A stretch of DNA of 64,000 bases from the human T2T-CHM13v2.0 reference genome, Homo sapiens, in assembly GCF_009914755.1 (NCBI RefSeq), contig NC_060927.1. One strand, written 5' to 3'. The translations under genes and the position numbers were made by a program. The notes beneath the pieces were generated by a model. That model was not told the origin of the DNA and did not search any database. It saw nothing but the letters and a program-made list of their open reading frames with translations. Every line of letters begins with the position of its first letter. The stretch's first letter is position 1. This document shows positions 26,185-39,000 of the stretch, piece by piece.

Positions 26185-26830
26185 ATGTGACAGATTTGAG
26201 ATGGAAAGTATCTAAAGTGACATCAAATCCCTTCACCTCCTATTTTGCCTCCGTTCCTCTCTTGAATGTGCATGGAAGACGCGTTTCAGCATTTCACATC
26301 AGGGCACGCACTACTTCCAAATCAATGCCACCTAGATGTCGTTAACCACCAACTAATTTCCATCCAATACGTAATCCAAATTCTCTTTTCAAAACCCATT
26401 TCACTGTACAGTTCAACCTGTAGCCTTTTAATCTCCGTAAATTATTTCTTCCTCCAACAGACATTTATGGCTTTGTAACATGTATACCCATACCTTCCTG
26501 TATAGACATAATTCTTTCAAACTTTTCCCATAAGTCAGCTTCTTTTCCCTAATCAATTGTGAAACTCTTCTTTGGACTCCTTCCAATCTGTCTACTTATT
26601 TTTGGTAGTCAGACAAACCAAACGGAATGGGGCATTCTAGAATAGGTCTCATGAATGTCATTGAGAGTGGAACTGTCACCCTCTATTCCATGATGAAATG
26701 CTCTAAATAGACTGCATCCAAAAATAACATTAGTCTTTTGGGTGTCACATCACACTAAAAATGTGCAGTCTTTTCCTGTTTTTAGTCTCATATCTCCAGA
26801 TGTCTCCCCATTATTTCTGGGATATGTCCT
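26185..26830 (-). mobile_element. L3/CR1 ancient LINE relic
   Basis: GAGAGTGGAACTGTCACCCTC...CTGCATCCAAAAATAACATTAGTCTTTTGGGTGTCACATCACACT resembles the reverse strand of CR1/L3 ORF2 3' sequence; boundaries uncertain. Confidence 0.5.
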
Positions 26831-26912
26831 CATCCGTTCAAAGATTGTTAAGAGAGTATGATTTTTCAATGTTCCTCATAAGCATTACTAAGTTGTCCTC
26901 TTAAGTTTTAAT

Positions 26913-26985
26913 TCCCCTCTCCTCCCCTCCCCTCCTCTCCTGTCCTCTCCCCTCCCCTTCTCTTCCCTTCCCTTCTTGCTTGCTT
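26913..26985. repeat. C/T-rich simple repeat at the position of the AluJ tail
   Basis: (CCCCT)/(CCTCT)/(CCCTT) units directly abutting the Alu 3' end. Confidence 0.9.
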
Positions 26986-27273
26986 GACAGGGTCTCACTC
27001 TGTCACCCAGCCTGAAGTGCAGTGGCATGATTATAGCCGAATACAGCCTTGAACTCCTGTATTTAAATGATCCTCCTGCCTCAGCCTTCTGAGTAGCTAG
27101 GACTACTCAGTGTGGTGTTTGCCACCACACTGGGCTAATTTTTGTTTTTAATATTTTGTGGAGACAGGGTCTTGCTGTGTTGCACAGGCCGGTCTTAAAC
27201 TCCTCTGCTCGAGTAATCCTCCTGCCTCAGCCTCTGAAAGTGCTGGGATTACAGTGTGAGCCGCTGCACCCTG
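26986..27273 (-). mobile_element. AluJ (Jo/Jr-like), near full length
   Basis: GACAGGGTCTCACTCTGTCACCCAG...CAGCCTTGAACTCC...GATCCTCCTGCCTCAGCC, J-type diagnostics in both arms. Confidence 0.92.
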
Positions 27274-28199
27274 TGTAAATCTTGTTTTCTTTTACATAAT
27301 TCCTTCATCTCTTTGTGATTTTTCTCAACACCTGTGTGCATGCACCTCTGAGCATTCCCCAGAGGCTTTTCCACAAATGCACCTATTTCTTACTATCTCC
27401 ATTGCTTAAATATTTTTGCCAAGAGTTCAACATTTTTCTTTGACCTTTTTTGGTTTAGTTCAATGAATATCTATCAGATTCCTACAATGGCATTTACTGT
27501 ATTAAACGCTGGAGACATAGCAATGAATAGGTGATTCCCATAGGAGAAACAATCACGCAAATGTAATTTGAGTATCACTTCAGTGCTTTGTGGGCATTCT
27601 CAGCATAGTTCCTCTTTGGCTTGCTTATAACCTAAAAAGCACCATACATTTTTACCTTTATTGTCCCCACACTGGCTTTATGACTGTCTTTGAATGACAC
27701 AGTTAATGCTTCTTTGCCTCTGTGCCTGGAAACAAGTAATTAAGTCCCCCAAACAAGGAGGTATTACAGCCTACAGCCTGGGTCAGCATTGCCAAGTGTG
27801 AGAACAGTCATAGTTTGGCCTGTGCACTGGTTTTAGGTAAGCAGCTCTGCTTCCAGAACACTTTGGAGAAATAGAACCTTCCTCCAGGAACTCCAGCCAC
27901 ACTTGTGTGCAGTTCCTATCTTGACCATTTTTTCCTGTTTCAATTTGTCCATTTTCTGTTTCGTCTTTGTTTGTTCTACATTTAAATTTAAAACTGTACC
28001 CTCATTGAATTTTTTTAAAAGTTCTTCTTTGGAAAGACAGCTTAATAGAAAAGAAATAAAAATATTACAGGAGAGGAAACTTGAGTTTCTACCCAGGTCC
28101 TGGCATTCCTGTCCATCAGAGCATTATTCTCAACGAGGCTTGTCTTTGCTTTGAAACCACCATGGTGCAAATGCAGCTCAAAAAAAAAAAAAAAAAAAA

Positions 28200-28356
28200 T
28201 CACCCAACCTCTCCATGTCTCAGTTTCTTTGTTTGCAAAATGGCAATAATAATAGTGTTTCTGTCGGAGTTTGTTGTGAAGATTAAAGGTGTGATAGAGA
28301 GCTTTGCTGAGCCCCTGGCCCACATCAAATACTCCATAAATATCATCTGTTAGTAT
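28200..28356 (+). mobile_element. MIR SINE (3' part; 5' part probably ~28075-28118)
   Basis: AACCTCTCCATGTCTCAGTTTCTTTGTTTGCAAAATGGCAATAATAATAG...GTTGTGAAGATTAAA. Confidence 0.8.
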
Positions 28357-28391
28357 TTTGCTGTGTTTATTCTTTTTGGTGATTGTTTCAG

Positions 28392-28427
28392 CTTGATTTG
28401 CTAGCATGAGAGTGGCACCTCCGAAAG
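28392..28427 (+). other. Candidate 36-nt exon
   Basis: T-rich tract ending TTGTTTCAG and strong donor AAG|GTAAGC; stops in all incoming frames, then ATG AGA GTG GCA CCT CCG AAA G. Confidence 0.25.
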
Positions 28428-29549
28428 GTAAGCAAACCTCTTTTCACTGTCTTTCAAATAAAAGTTTATTAATGTTTACCTATCATTCACCATGGCAAGC
28501 AAACTTCGTATTATAGTTTTCAGGGCATTAGTGACCTTGTTTACCAAGTGTGAATTTCCCAGTATCTTCTCTCTAAAGTCAGGAAAACAGTGAATAGCAG
28601 GTAGAGAGGTGCTGCTTTGGGCAGAGGAGCTCACTTTGTTTGAGCTACTTCCAGTGCTTCCTGCCCCCTCTCTGACCTCCTTTCCTCTACCACTATGCTC
28701 CTTTGGCCCATTGCCCAAGGCTTCTCTTCTTTTCCAGTTTTTTACTTCTATCTCCTCCCCAAACCTAGAGGCATAAATGCCAATAAAGTTTGCATTTCAG
28801 AGTTGACATCAGCTGATAAATGTTATACTGTAGTTTTCTCTAACCTAGATTGAAAACCTCTAAATCAGAGACTGTGCTGTCACACACTGCCTGTCCTGCA
28901 CCACGTAAATCATTGACAGATGAATCATCATAACGATACTGCCAACTAACCCCGTGTCGCACTGCCTGGCCCTCCTTCTTTCAAACTGTGTCCATTTTGT
29001 CTCAATCAGCTTCTAATCCCATGCTAATATTTAAATGAAAATGAATTAATTTAAAAATTGTAAACCTTGCAACACAGCCTACTTAATTCTAAAATAGAGG
29101 CATAATATTTCTTATATTTATGTCTACAAGAACTAATTTCCAAAGAAATTATCCAGCATATTTAGACCGGTTTGATAAAATTGTTGTCTTTTGTCATTCA
29201 TGTTCTTATCACATCCAAAATAAATTTATACTTGGCCTTGTCCACCCTTTCACCTATTCACCAAATGTTAATATTCACCAGATGTTAATAACTGGTATTA
29301 TGTTTCCTATCCTCTGGTCTCTTGGATTTATTATCATAACTCCCTTTTCCAACTTGTGATGTCTTAATTTAAGCACTTCCCTGCAGTCTACAAATTGCTT
29401 ATTTTAGTTGGATTACATTATTGTCACATTTCCCATAAGTTTTGAATATTCTATATTTTGATATTTTAAGAAGCTATTGCCTCTGGTACCTTTTGTTTGT
29501 TTTTATTTTTGTTTTAGTCAAAGCTAACTGACAGCTATTCAGGCATATT

Positions 29550-29586
29550 AATATTTACCTGTCAGGCATTTTGACAGGTAAATATT
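29550..29586. repeat. Perfect inverted repeat, 15-bp arms, 7-nt loop
   Basis: AATATTTACCTGTCA ggcattt TGACAGGTAAATATT. Confidence 0.95.
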
Positions 29587-30234
29587 TGTATATAGAATTG
29601 TCATCCACAAACTATAACATATTAATAAAATATTTACCAGAGATGAATTTTTATACACCACCAAAATATTTACCTGAGAACAATTTCATAGTTCAACAAT
29701 TTCTTGGAGAATTGGCTTTTACCTGAAAATTTTAGCCAGTTAACATGTTTGTAGAAATCATTTCTTATTCAGTTAACTTAATTATAGAGATATGTTCATT
29801 GCTGTGAGTTAAAGGTGCATTAGCATTCAGTGATTAGCTGGTTGTTTGACTCTTTTTTAACAAACAAGAGAGAAGAAACAGCATATGATCTAAACATCTT
29901 GTTCTTTTGTAAAATACCAAATGATGACCTTGGAGAAGAAGATCTCAAAATAAACTTCTAAGTAAGTTGTGTAAGCATTTGTTAAGGTCTTTCTGAAATC
30001 TTTCAGGAATGAAAGGAAAGGAATTTTGCAGCAAATTTTATCAAAATACATAAAAAATATTGGCATTTATTTTTTAAACTATTGCGAATGAAGAATATAT
30101 TCAGCCAAGGAATCAAGTCCAGAGCTTGTCATGGTCTTGTCACATGCAGGTATTTAAGAAACATCTTTTGTTTGAATATTGGAGGATAGGAGTTCATACA
30201 ACAGAAAGCAAACACCTGGGGAAAATGGCAATAT

Positions 30235-30460
30235 TAATAACAACTAATATTCATTTAATTAACTCTGTGCACCAGGCAAGTTAAGTGCTTCATATATATT
30301 ATTTCATTTAATCCTTACCATGACTCTTAGAGGAGGTGATATCATTCACTCTAGTTTACAGATGAGGAAATGGGTTCACATGGATTTGTTAATTCCCAGA
30401 GCTAGAAAGTTGCAGAGCTGGAATTTTTGTCCAAGCACTCTTGACTCGGAAACCAGCACT
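30235..30460 (-). mobile_element. MIR SINE
   Basis: ATTATTTCATTTAATCCTTAC...TTTACAGATGAGGAAATGGG...GCAGAGCTGGAATTT. Confidence 0.85.
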
Positions 30461-32854
30461 CCCCACTGCTCTGTTTTCTTTCTCTCAAGACCACCAAAAA
30501 TCTATCTAGCAGATGGAGGAAATGTAGGGCAGGATTTGGGCAAGAGGTTTTGTAATAGGTACAAAATATTTGTGGCAAAAATGAAGCCTGGTATTTGCCA
30601 ACCAAGTTCTCCAGGTCTTTTTACAGTTCTTTTTCTTCTTGTTAATTTTTGAGGCCAGAATATATCTTAATCCAAATGTACAAATGAACAGTCTCAAGGG
30701 GCAGAGAGGAATTACAAGCCTGATAGCAACTGCCACAAGTTGTGTGTAACAGTTTAGGTGAATCAACAGCTACAATTCAGGGGAAAAATATATGACATGT
30801 TCTAAAGCAATTATTCAGAAATGAAAATGTTAAGTAGAGTCAAAAGTCATCCCTAATTTAAGCCATTGTAGGTGGCTACAAAAGTTATCTACATCTATTT
30901 TCTAAACCACTCTGCAAATAAAATGAAAATAGTACCTTGAGGTTCACTGAAAACTTAGGCTGAAAAAGGTACAAAATATAGACACCAATCTCCTTCCAGT
31001 GGCTTCTATTTAGGTCAAACTTGCTAGGGAATTTTGAGTCCTATTATCAACAAGATGAAAGCTTTTACAAAACTATGATCTGTATAATTAGAGGACATCA
31101 GGTAAAAATCTCATGTCCATCTTAAACTTTGGATGAATAACATTAGGTACACATCTGTTGCTGATTGCCTCTAACCTCTAATCCACGGGTACACTGAGAC
31201 CTGACGTTAGGACAATGCCCAGGAAAGTGCTATCCTGGGCAGAGGGCAAACCCAATCTTGATGATGCTCCCTTGGCAGAAGCTAGGTGCAGATCCTGCTC
31301 ACTTCCACATTGACTCTGAATGTCTGGCTCCAATTATGCTGGCAATATGGACATAAAGAAGTCTGTGTAAGCTGGAAAGCGTGCTGGAAACTAACCAAGG
31401 TTTAGCCAAGAGTGAAAGTATTTTTATCCTAGCCCTATGATGCAAATAACTCTCTTTAATAGTACAGACTTAGAATTAGGCTGCCAATCTAAAGAGTCTT
31501 TCATTTAGTTTTAATGACGCATCCCATTTTCTTCTGCAGCTTAAGCTACTTGACATAATTTTCTAAATTCCATGACCTACAGTACCAACATTATACTCTG
31601 TAGTTTTTGGGTGCTCAATAAATTATGTGCTATTATCAATATTCTAGAAGTTTGATACTGTGTTCCACATGGTGGCATATTTTTTCCTGGGGTGTGGGGG
31701 AAATCTGGAGCAGTAATTACATGCATTATTGTCACTGATAATAGTCATACAAATCAAAAACTATTCTGCAAACTTTTTCTCTGTTTTGGCCTATGTTGAA
31801 TTCCAATTATGACAAAGTTTTTAATCTCTGGGGGGGGGGCAATATGTGTATGTGTCTCTGCATATATAAAGAGTCCAGAAAGCCAAAGTCCTTGAAATAT
31901 TTAACATCTGTTCAGAAAACATTTCAAGGGTATTTAAGCTTAATGTCACCAATATTATTTCACATATACTATAAAAGTTTCAGACTCAACATTTGCTTAA
32001 CAATTTTGAGCTGACCATCAGCTATCCATTAATATAAGACCAGTCTACTAGCAATTGCTACTAAGTACAATAATATTATCAAAGAAAGTGAAGGAGGATG
32101 TGGCCAGGCAGTCAATGTCCAGGAAGAAGTTTGATAAGGGCCTTTAATGGAAAGTCATGGGAGGACAGAGAGAGGAGAAGCTGTAATTGGTAGAGAAAAT
32201 GGAAAGCAGTGATGCACTTGAGAACAGAAATACAGTGAGTAGTAGAGATTTGTATCAGAAATACAGAATGGAGGTGGAGGTGGATAGGAGAGCCTTGTTA
32301 TTTCATATATTTGGAGATGGACTCACAGAGTAGTGACTGCCTTTGTAATATAAGCTATTTCTCTTACTGCAACAAGGAAACCTCTATGTCTCTATTTCCT
32401 TTGCACCTGACCTGCCACTTCCATTGTCTTCCACGTAATGTCACCTTCATCTCTAGACCTTGTCTGTGTCTGGCAAAGGCTGAAAGGCACTCGTCCTGGA
32501 CTCCTGCAAATATGTCATCTAATGAAGACATCTATTAATATGGGCACATTACAGCTCGCCATCTGGCTCTGCCTCTTGGACCCCTCTCCTCTCTATAGAT
32601 CTGCACACACAGAGCACGCTGTGCCTAATCAATTATTTATCCATTTCCCTCACTGCTGCCAACAGACTAAGCCTCTGCTTTCTGCTGCAAGGCTGCTGAG
32701 GGCTGATGGCATTCATTTCAAGCCTAAGAACATATTTTTTCTATCAAAACCAAACATAAAGTCCTTGTAGTTCCCTTGTTCTGTACTTGTCTCTGTTCCC
32801 CTTCTTGCTTATATCGTGGGAGGTGGAATACTACAATATTCCACAGTTCTGAAA

Positions 32855-33100
32855 ACAGACCCTCTGGGTTTTAACCCCAAGTTTTCCTCCAACTTGTGAT
32901 CCTAGCAAATTGGTTAACTTGTTTTGTTTGTTTTTTTGTTTGTTTGTTTTGGTTTCCTTACCTCTGAAATCTGGATGATAATAGGATCCATTACTATTAT
33001 AATGGTCTTGTTTTGAGTATTAAATAAATAGCTATATATAAGGTGCTTACACTGAGACCTGGCCCAGAGTATGCACTAAGTTATTATTTTGTTATTATTA
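32855..33100 (+). mobile_element. MIR SINE with internal (TTTG)n
   Basis: TGTGATCCTAGCAAATTGGTTAAC...GTTTCCTTACCTCTGAAAT...GTGCTTACACTGAGACCTGGCCCAGAGTA. Confidence 0.75.
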
Positions 33101-33478
33101 TTTTCCCTTTTAACTGCCTAAACACATTTCTCTGCTCATTCATCTTCACGTTCATCTCCACTTCTCTGAGTTTCTATAACAAAAATGGCCTCCATCTCCT
33201 TCACATTATTCTTTCCACACTTTTCAGCCTTTCTCTTTTAGATAATAATAATTTGATGTTTCTCTAATTTGCTCTTATTTCTTTCCCTATTTTCCTTTTC
33301 AACTTTACTCTTTCTTTCTCACTCTTGTCTTAACTCTCTGATAGTTTTCCTTTCTACCTCTTTTTATCACTTCAAAGACTTTTTTCAGACACAAACCAAG
33401 GATGAGCTAATTTACCACAGTGAATGTAATTTTCTTAATATCTGTAGTGTTAAGGTTTTTTGAAAAATACAAGGACTT

Positions 33479-33838
<360 letters not shown>

Positions 33839-34898
33839 TTAGGGTTGGCATCTGGTTGCTTTCCAGTTGTGTCATTATGAAGCAGTCTCCTTACGAAAAC
33901 CTGACACTAACAGTGAGACGAGGATTCTTCTCTTCCTGCTGCAGGCTTATCTTCCTCTCTTTTTCCCTTCCCAGCTGCAATTTTATATAGAAATACCATT
34001 TTTTACTGAAATATATAGAATACTTGTTTTAATGTCAAATGTCTTATTCACCACATTCAAAAATATTGGCCAGGTTACACCACAGAAATAAAATTATTTT
34101 AACTTGGTGTCTCTCTGGACCTCTCAAGGACCACCGGCCCAATTCATTTATCTGACTGGAAAGGAAATGCAGAAAACCTGAACTCAGCTTTTTGAATGGT
34201 AGCCTGGCCCTGGACTGCATTTATTCATGTGAGAGTTAAGCAAATTGTTTTTTCCGAAAAGTTCCTCCAGCAAATGACTTTACAGTTCATTTATACATTT
34301 GCTTAATTTATCATTCATTTATTTATTCTAGTATGTATTGAGATTCTCCTTGAGCATGGAGGAGGAAGTGCCAAAAACAGGTATACCTCTCTCCCTGGCT
34401 CCTTCACTCAGCCTACATGTTTAGGCTTGATTTTAAGAGACACCAAACATCAGGGGCAATATTCTCAACCTGGCAGAATAACTACTCCGCAGGGAAGAGA
34501 GTGGCATTGCCAAGATGCAAATATCTGCTGAGTCCTGTTCCTAAGGGCATGTTGCCCTATCTGTGGTTGATGAAGACTGGGGTATGGGCCTGTGATTAAG
34601 TGAATGGCTGGCTGTATGTATTTTTGCAAAATGATGAGATGAGGGAAAATGAATATTTATGCCATCTTTGATTCTTCTAAATTTTCCACCAAACTGTCTG
34701 CCTGTGCTTTAATATTGTCATTAATAATACAAATTAGAATAATGTAATTAAATGCCCTTGGGTATCACCTGAGCATTTCTGTACAACTATGATACCCTGG
34801 GGCTCCCTGATCCTAATGGTCTCATGGCTGGCTAGCACTTTATGAACATACCCAGGTTGGCTCTTTTATTTCTTGCCTGAAACCACCTCTGTGCTACA

Positions 34899-34937
34899 GT
34901 TTGTTTTTTTTTTTTGTTTGTTTGTTTGTTTTTTTTT
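34899..34937. repeat. T-rich/(TTTG)n simple repeat
   Basis: Direct reading. Confidence 0.9.
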
Positions 34938-36485
34938 GGCTCTGGCTGCAATTAGATTCACACTTTACTGTACTGTAAAAATCTCATTTGATGATCCATA
35001 TCCATATTCTATAAAACTTGGTTTCAGCTGAGGCAAGAGAAGCCCTTCACCCAAGGCATACAAGGCAACATCCAGGGCAGAGGATTTTGACTTTTCTGTG
35101 CCTGATGGGTCCATCGGTGATATTAATGTCTCCATGCATTAGAAGTGCTACAGCCATATTATACATTGCAAAATCACTGAAGCTGATTTGACTAGAGGAT
35201 AAAAATGCCATTCACTTCACACACTGAGACCACATGTTTTACGAGTCTACTCTTCCTATACTCAGAAAGCAAGAGTGAATTCTTTACATCCTCAGGGAAA
35301 AACATAGGGGAAAAATTAATTAAGAAAAAAATTAAAGGTCTGGGCTGGTAGGGCAGATCAAACCTTCAGAGAAAGCTTGAGAAATAGTTTATAAGAAATG
35401 GAAGCATTACTAAGATTGAAAAAACAGAGTAAAAACTGAAATAGATGAGAGACAAATCATAAAATGCATAGTATTGAAAAGGCTGAAAAATACAACCAAT
35501 CCAAAGGGATTGTGGAATACCATTTTGAAAATTCTGCAGTGCAGTCTGACAAACAGATATTGAAGTTAGAGAATCTTTTCTAACTTTCCCTACCCTCCTT
35601 CCACACCCTTCAGGGGTGAATTTCCAGGCTCAAGGTTACGTACGCCCTCCTCTCTTTATTCTACTTTCTTTGCCCTCCCTGTATAATAATCTAGAGACTG
35701 AGACAAATGCTCTGTGTGACTTTCCTTGGCCAGGAGAGCAGGGACTGCAGAATGATGACTGCTTTTGGCAGAGGCCCAGAGTGGAAAATTTATTTACTGC
35801 CTTGTCGATGTCTACTGAGATGGGCTGCTGCCTTTCCACATCCATTACAAAGTACTCATATGGCTAGAGCAGAGACTTATAAAAGGCTTTTTCTTTATTA
35901 GGCTGGATGAAAATCCTAAAATGGACAGGACAAGGAGTCATCATGTAGGGCCAATTTGGGAATTTGCCAGTCAGGGAAATGGCAATGAGAAAGGAACCCA
36001 CTGCACCCTTGTTCTTCAGGGTGTCCTGGATTTGAACTTTTGTTTTAAACGATGAAAGCAAAATTAAAAATACATGTTTGCTTGTATGATATTTTAAAGC
36101 AAAATAAACGTTTGAATAATAACTTCTATTTCAGCTCTGGTGAAGTAACACTGCAAAATAATATTTATTTAGCAGTTTTCAAAAGACTTTCACCTTCAGC
36201 CCTAATCTTTTAAAGCTAATGAGAGTTTGTGATTCATCAAGAACTTTAAAAATTAAGGATCATTACTTTTACTAATTTAAATTCAAATTACCTAGGATGC
36301 TCAATTAATCAATCTTTAAACAATATTAAAACAGTCAAGACTTGTCACTCTCTTGTCTCTGATGGAAGATGATTTAGATTGCAGCCAAACCAATGAACAA
36401 CACTGAAGGAAGATAACTTAATGTATTCTACTAGCATTGTTCACTTGGCCTTGTTTTTGCCCCTTTTTTTTCAACAAAGAAGAGA

Positions 36486-36590
36486 CATATGCCTGTGCTG
36501 AAATGGCTGTTGCCATCTTATTCTCCCATCTGGCTGTCACATGGCTAATTGTCCTAAAACAGCTGGATGAGGCAATAGCATCTTTAATGG
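36486..36590. promoter_or_regulatory. Candidate enhancer: E-box/homeodomain motif cluster
   Basis: CATATG, CATCTG, CACATG, CAGCTG, TGTCA, TAATTG and TAATGG within 105 bp of apparently non-repeat DNA. Motif content only. Confidence 0.25.
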
Positions 36591-38149
36591 CTCAACTTAA
36601 ATATGGTCAGGCAGAATAAGTGCAACTATGTGTCCTGTCCCCACACAGCAAAATATCTTCTAAGAAATGTGTTTCTCATAAATTGATAGCCCTTAAATCT
36701 TTTTTTCAAATCAATGTCTGTGCTTTTTATATTCCTATGTAACAGTTTTAGATTCTTTCAGAGCTCCCCTATAACCTACCTTTCCAGAAAAAAATATTGT
36801 TTTAGTTAGGATTCTGTGGATTCTACTTAGTGGCCAGAACTAGGAACATGATAAACATTACAATAATATTTATCTAGAATTTTATAATCTCCAAATTCAG
36901 ATAGTCTTTTTATCATCTTCCTGGAAAAGGCTAATAGATGTGTTTATGAGATATCAACTTCAAAATGTTGAGAGGGGCAATTAATGAATAAATGGTAATA
37001 TCCATTTATTGGTTAAGAAGAATATTCTTATAGTCAGAGATTCCTAACTCCAGTCATTCTTAGCAAAGGCTGCTTAGGATATAAGGCTCAATGTATAAGA
37101 TGCTCATTTTCTATAGTGGGTGTGGGCAGTACAGATTGGCTCTTCTCTGAGAGTTAAGCAGCTTATTGCCTAAATCAAGACTTAGGGATGTATAGGCTGT
37201 TATTCTAGGTTCTAAAACTGCCTTGGTTAATTATATTCATATAAATGTTCAATCCCCTTTTAGAGTCTTCCTAAATTACCTGCTTAATATTGTCCAGCAA
37301 CAGTGATTTTCATAGGTTAATTATGCCCTACATAAAAGAGCACGAGCTTTGTCCAGTCAAAATTTGTTACCTAGTCATTTGATTAACTTTCTTCCTCTGG
37401 TTCAAAGGAACAGAATAAGGTCAGGAGTCACCAGCTACCTAACAACAATATCCCAAACTCATAGAGCATCATGCGTCCACTAACTCCACATATTCATAAA
37501 CACAGAGGGCTTTCTGATTGGGGAGTCATAAATGGAGGGGCAGAACAGTCACCAATTTGCTCCTACCCTGTGTCCCTCCATTTATTTGACCTCAGTACCT
37601 CCTGCCCTATAATGTGTGAGGTAACCCAGAAGAATATGTTTCATTTGGCTAAAGAATCGGAATAGGAGAGAAGGTCAGGAGTGGGAAAAATGACAGGTTT
37701 TACATTTAGATAAGGACAGGCCTCTTCCATCTTGCAGATCCCTATGGTAAAATATCTTCTTGTACTGTTTCTTTTTCTCCAACCCTACATGGATACCTAG
37801 AAGTGGAGGAACTCTCTTGCTTTAAACATTTCATCTGTAAACGTGGTCCCTGAGTTCACAAGATATCTATTTATTTCGTTCACCTGCAAAGACCCCCTCT
37901 AAAACCAGTTCCCAGGATCATAAAATACCAGTTTTATCTATTTTATCTTCTATTTTTTGTTAATTCTCTAATATTCATTTATTGCTCTAATTTTAAAAGC
38001 TCCTTGAGTTGTAAATGAATAATTGTTTTCTGAGACATTATTTGAGAATAATTGTTTTTTGCTTAATAAATAACTGTGGAAATAAACTGCCAGGTCCAGT
38101 CTCCCTAAACGTGGTACTCAAGACAAACATATTTAAGCACGTTTGTTAC

Positions 38150-38830
38150 TGTCACTTGATTGACTCATAGATATATTCAATTAAAATGTCTAAAATGGAA
38201 CTCTTGATTTCATTCCCAAACTTGTCTCCTACTCAAATCTTACTGCCTGAGAAGAAGGCATCCACACACTGAATTACTTAAGCTAGAAAACTTGGAGATA
38301 CCCTGTTTACTTCCCTTTTTCTCACCTACCACATCCTATTTATCAGCAATTGCTTTTGGTTTTAGCTCTAATACATTATATTGAATCTGTCTACATCTTT
38401 TAATTCTGAATGCTGCCTACACATTCTGAAAAACTATGATCTCACCTAGACACCTGGAGTAGCTCCTGCATGATTTTTACTCTTCTATCTTACATTCACT
38501 GACTCACCCGCACCAATATCATCCCCACATACTCAAGTTGGTGGCCCCTGCTCTCCCTGACCTCACATTTTATGAGGAAGAAAGAAAAACTTTACAGACA
38601 AACAATTATAATATTCACAGTTTGTAGTTAAATGCTATAAAGAAAATAAACAGGGTACTGTAGGCAATGGGAGAAGTACTTTGATTCTTTTCATCCTTTA
38701 AGTCTCAGTTTAGTTACCTTCTCATCTTTTAAGTCTCAGTAAAAGTTACTTTCTCAAGAAGAACTTCCTTAAATGGTCTATCTTAAAGTACATTATCATT
38801 GTCTTAGTACATAGTGCATATTGGTTATTG
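38150..38830 (+). mobile_element. L2 relic, with an apparent opposite-strand L2 piece (~38545-38680) and a 31/32-bp tandem duplication (38691-38753)
   Basis: ATGTCTAAAATGGAACTCTTGATTT...AAGCTAGAAAACTTGGAG...; TCATC(C/T)TTTAAGTCTCAGT repeated. Confidence 0.6.
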
Positions 38831-38956
38831 TTGGATGATGAATCTTACTTTTGCTTTTGCTTTTTAATTTTATCTCTCTGGTAGGTAAAATTTTATTTTT
38901 CACTCTAGGTACTACAAATGTCAATCTTTTAATAAAACTTTCAAATAAAGAACCTA

Positions 38957-38960
<4 letters not shown>

Positions 38961-38999
<39 letters not shown>
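38961..38999. repeat. (TG)19 microsatellite
   Basis: Uninterrupted TG run. Confidence 0.97.
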
Positions 39000-39000
<1 letters not shown>

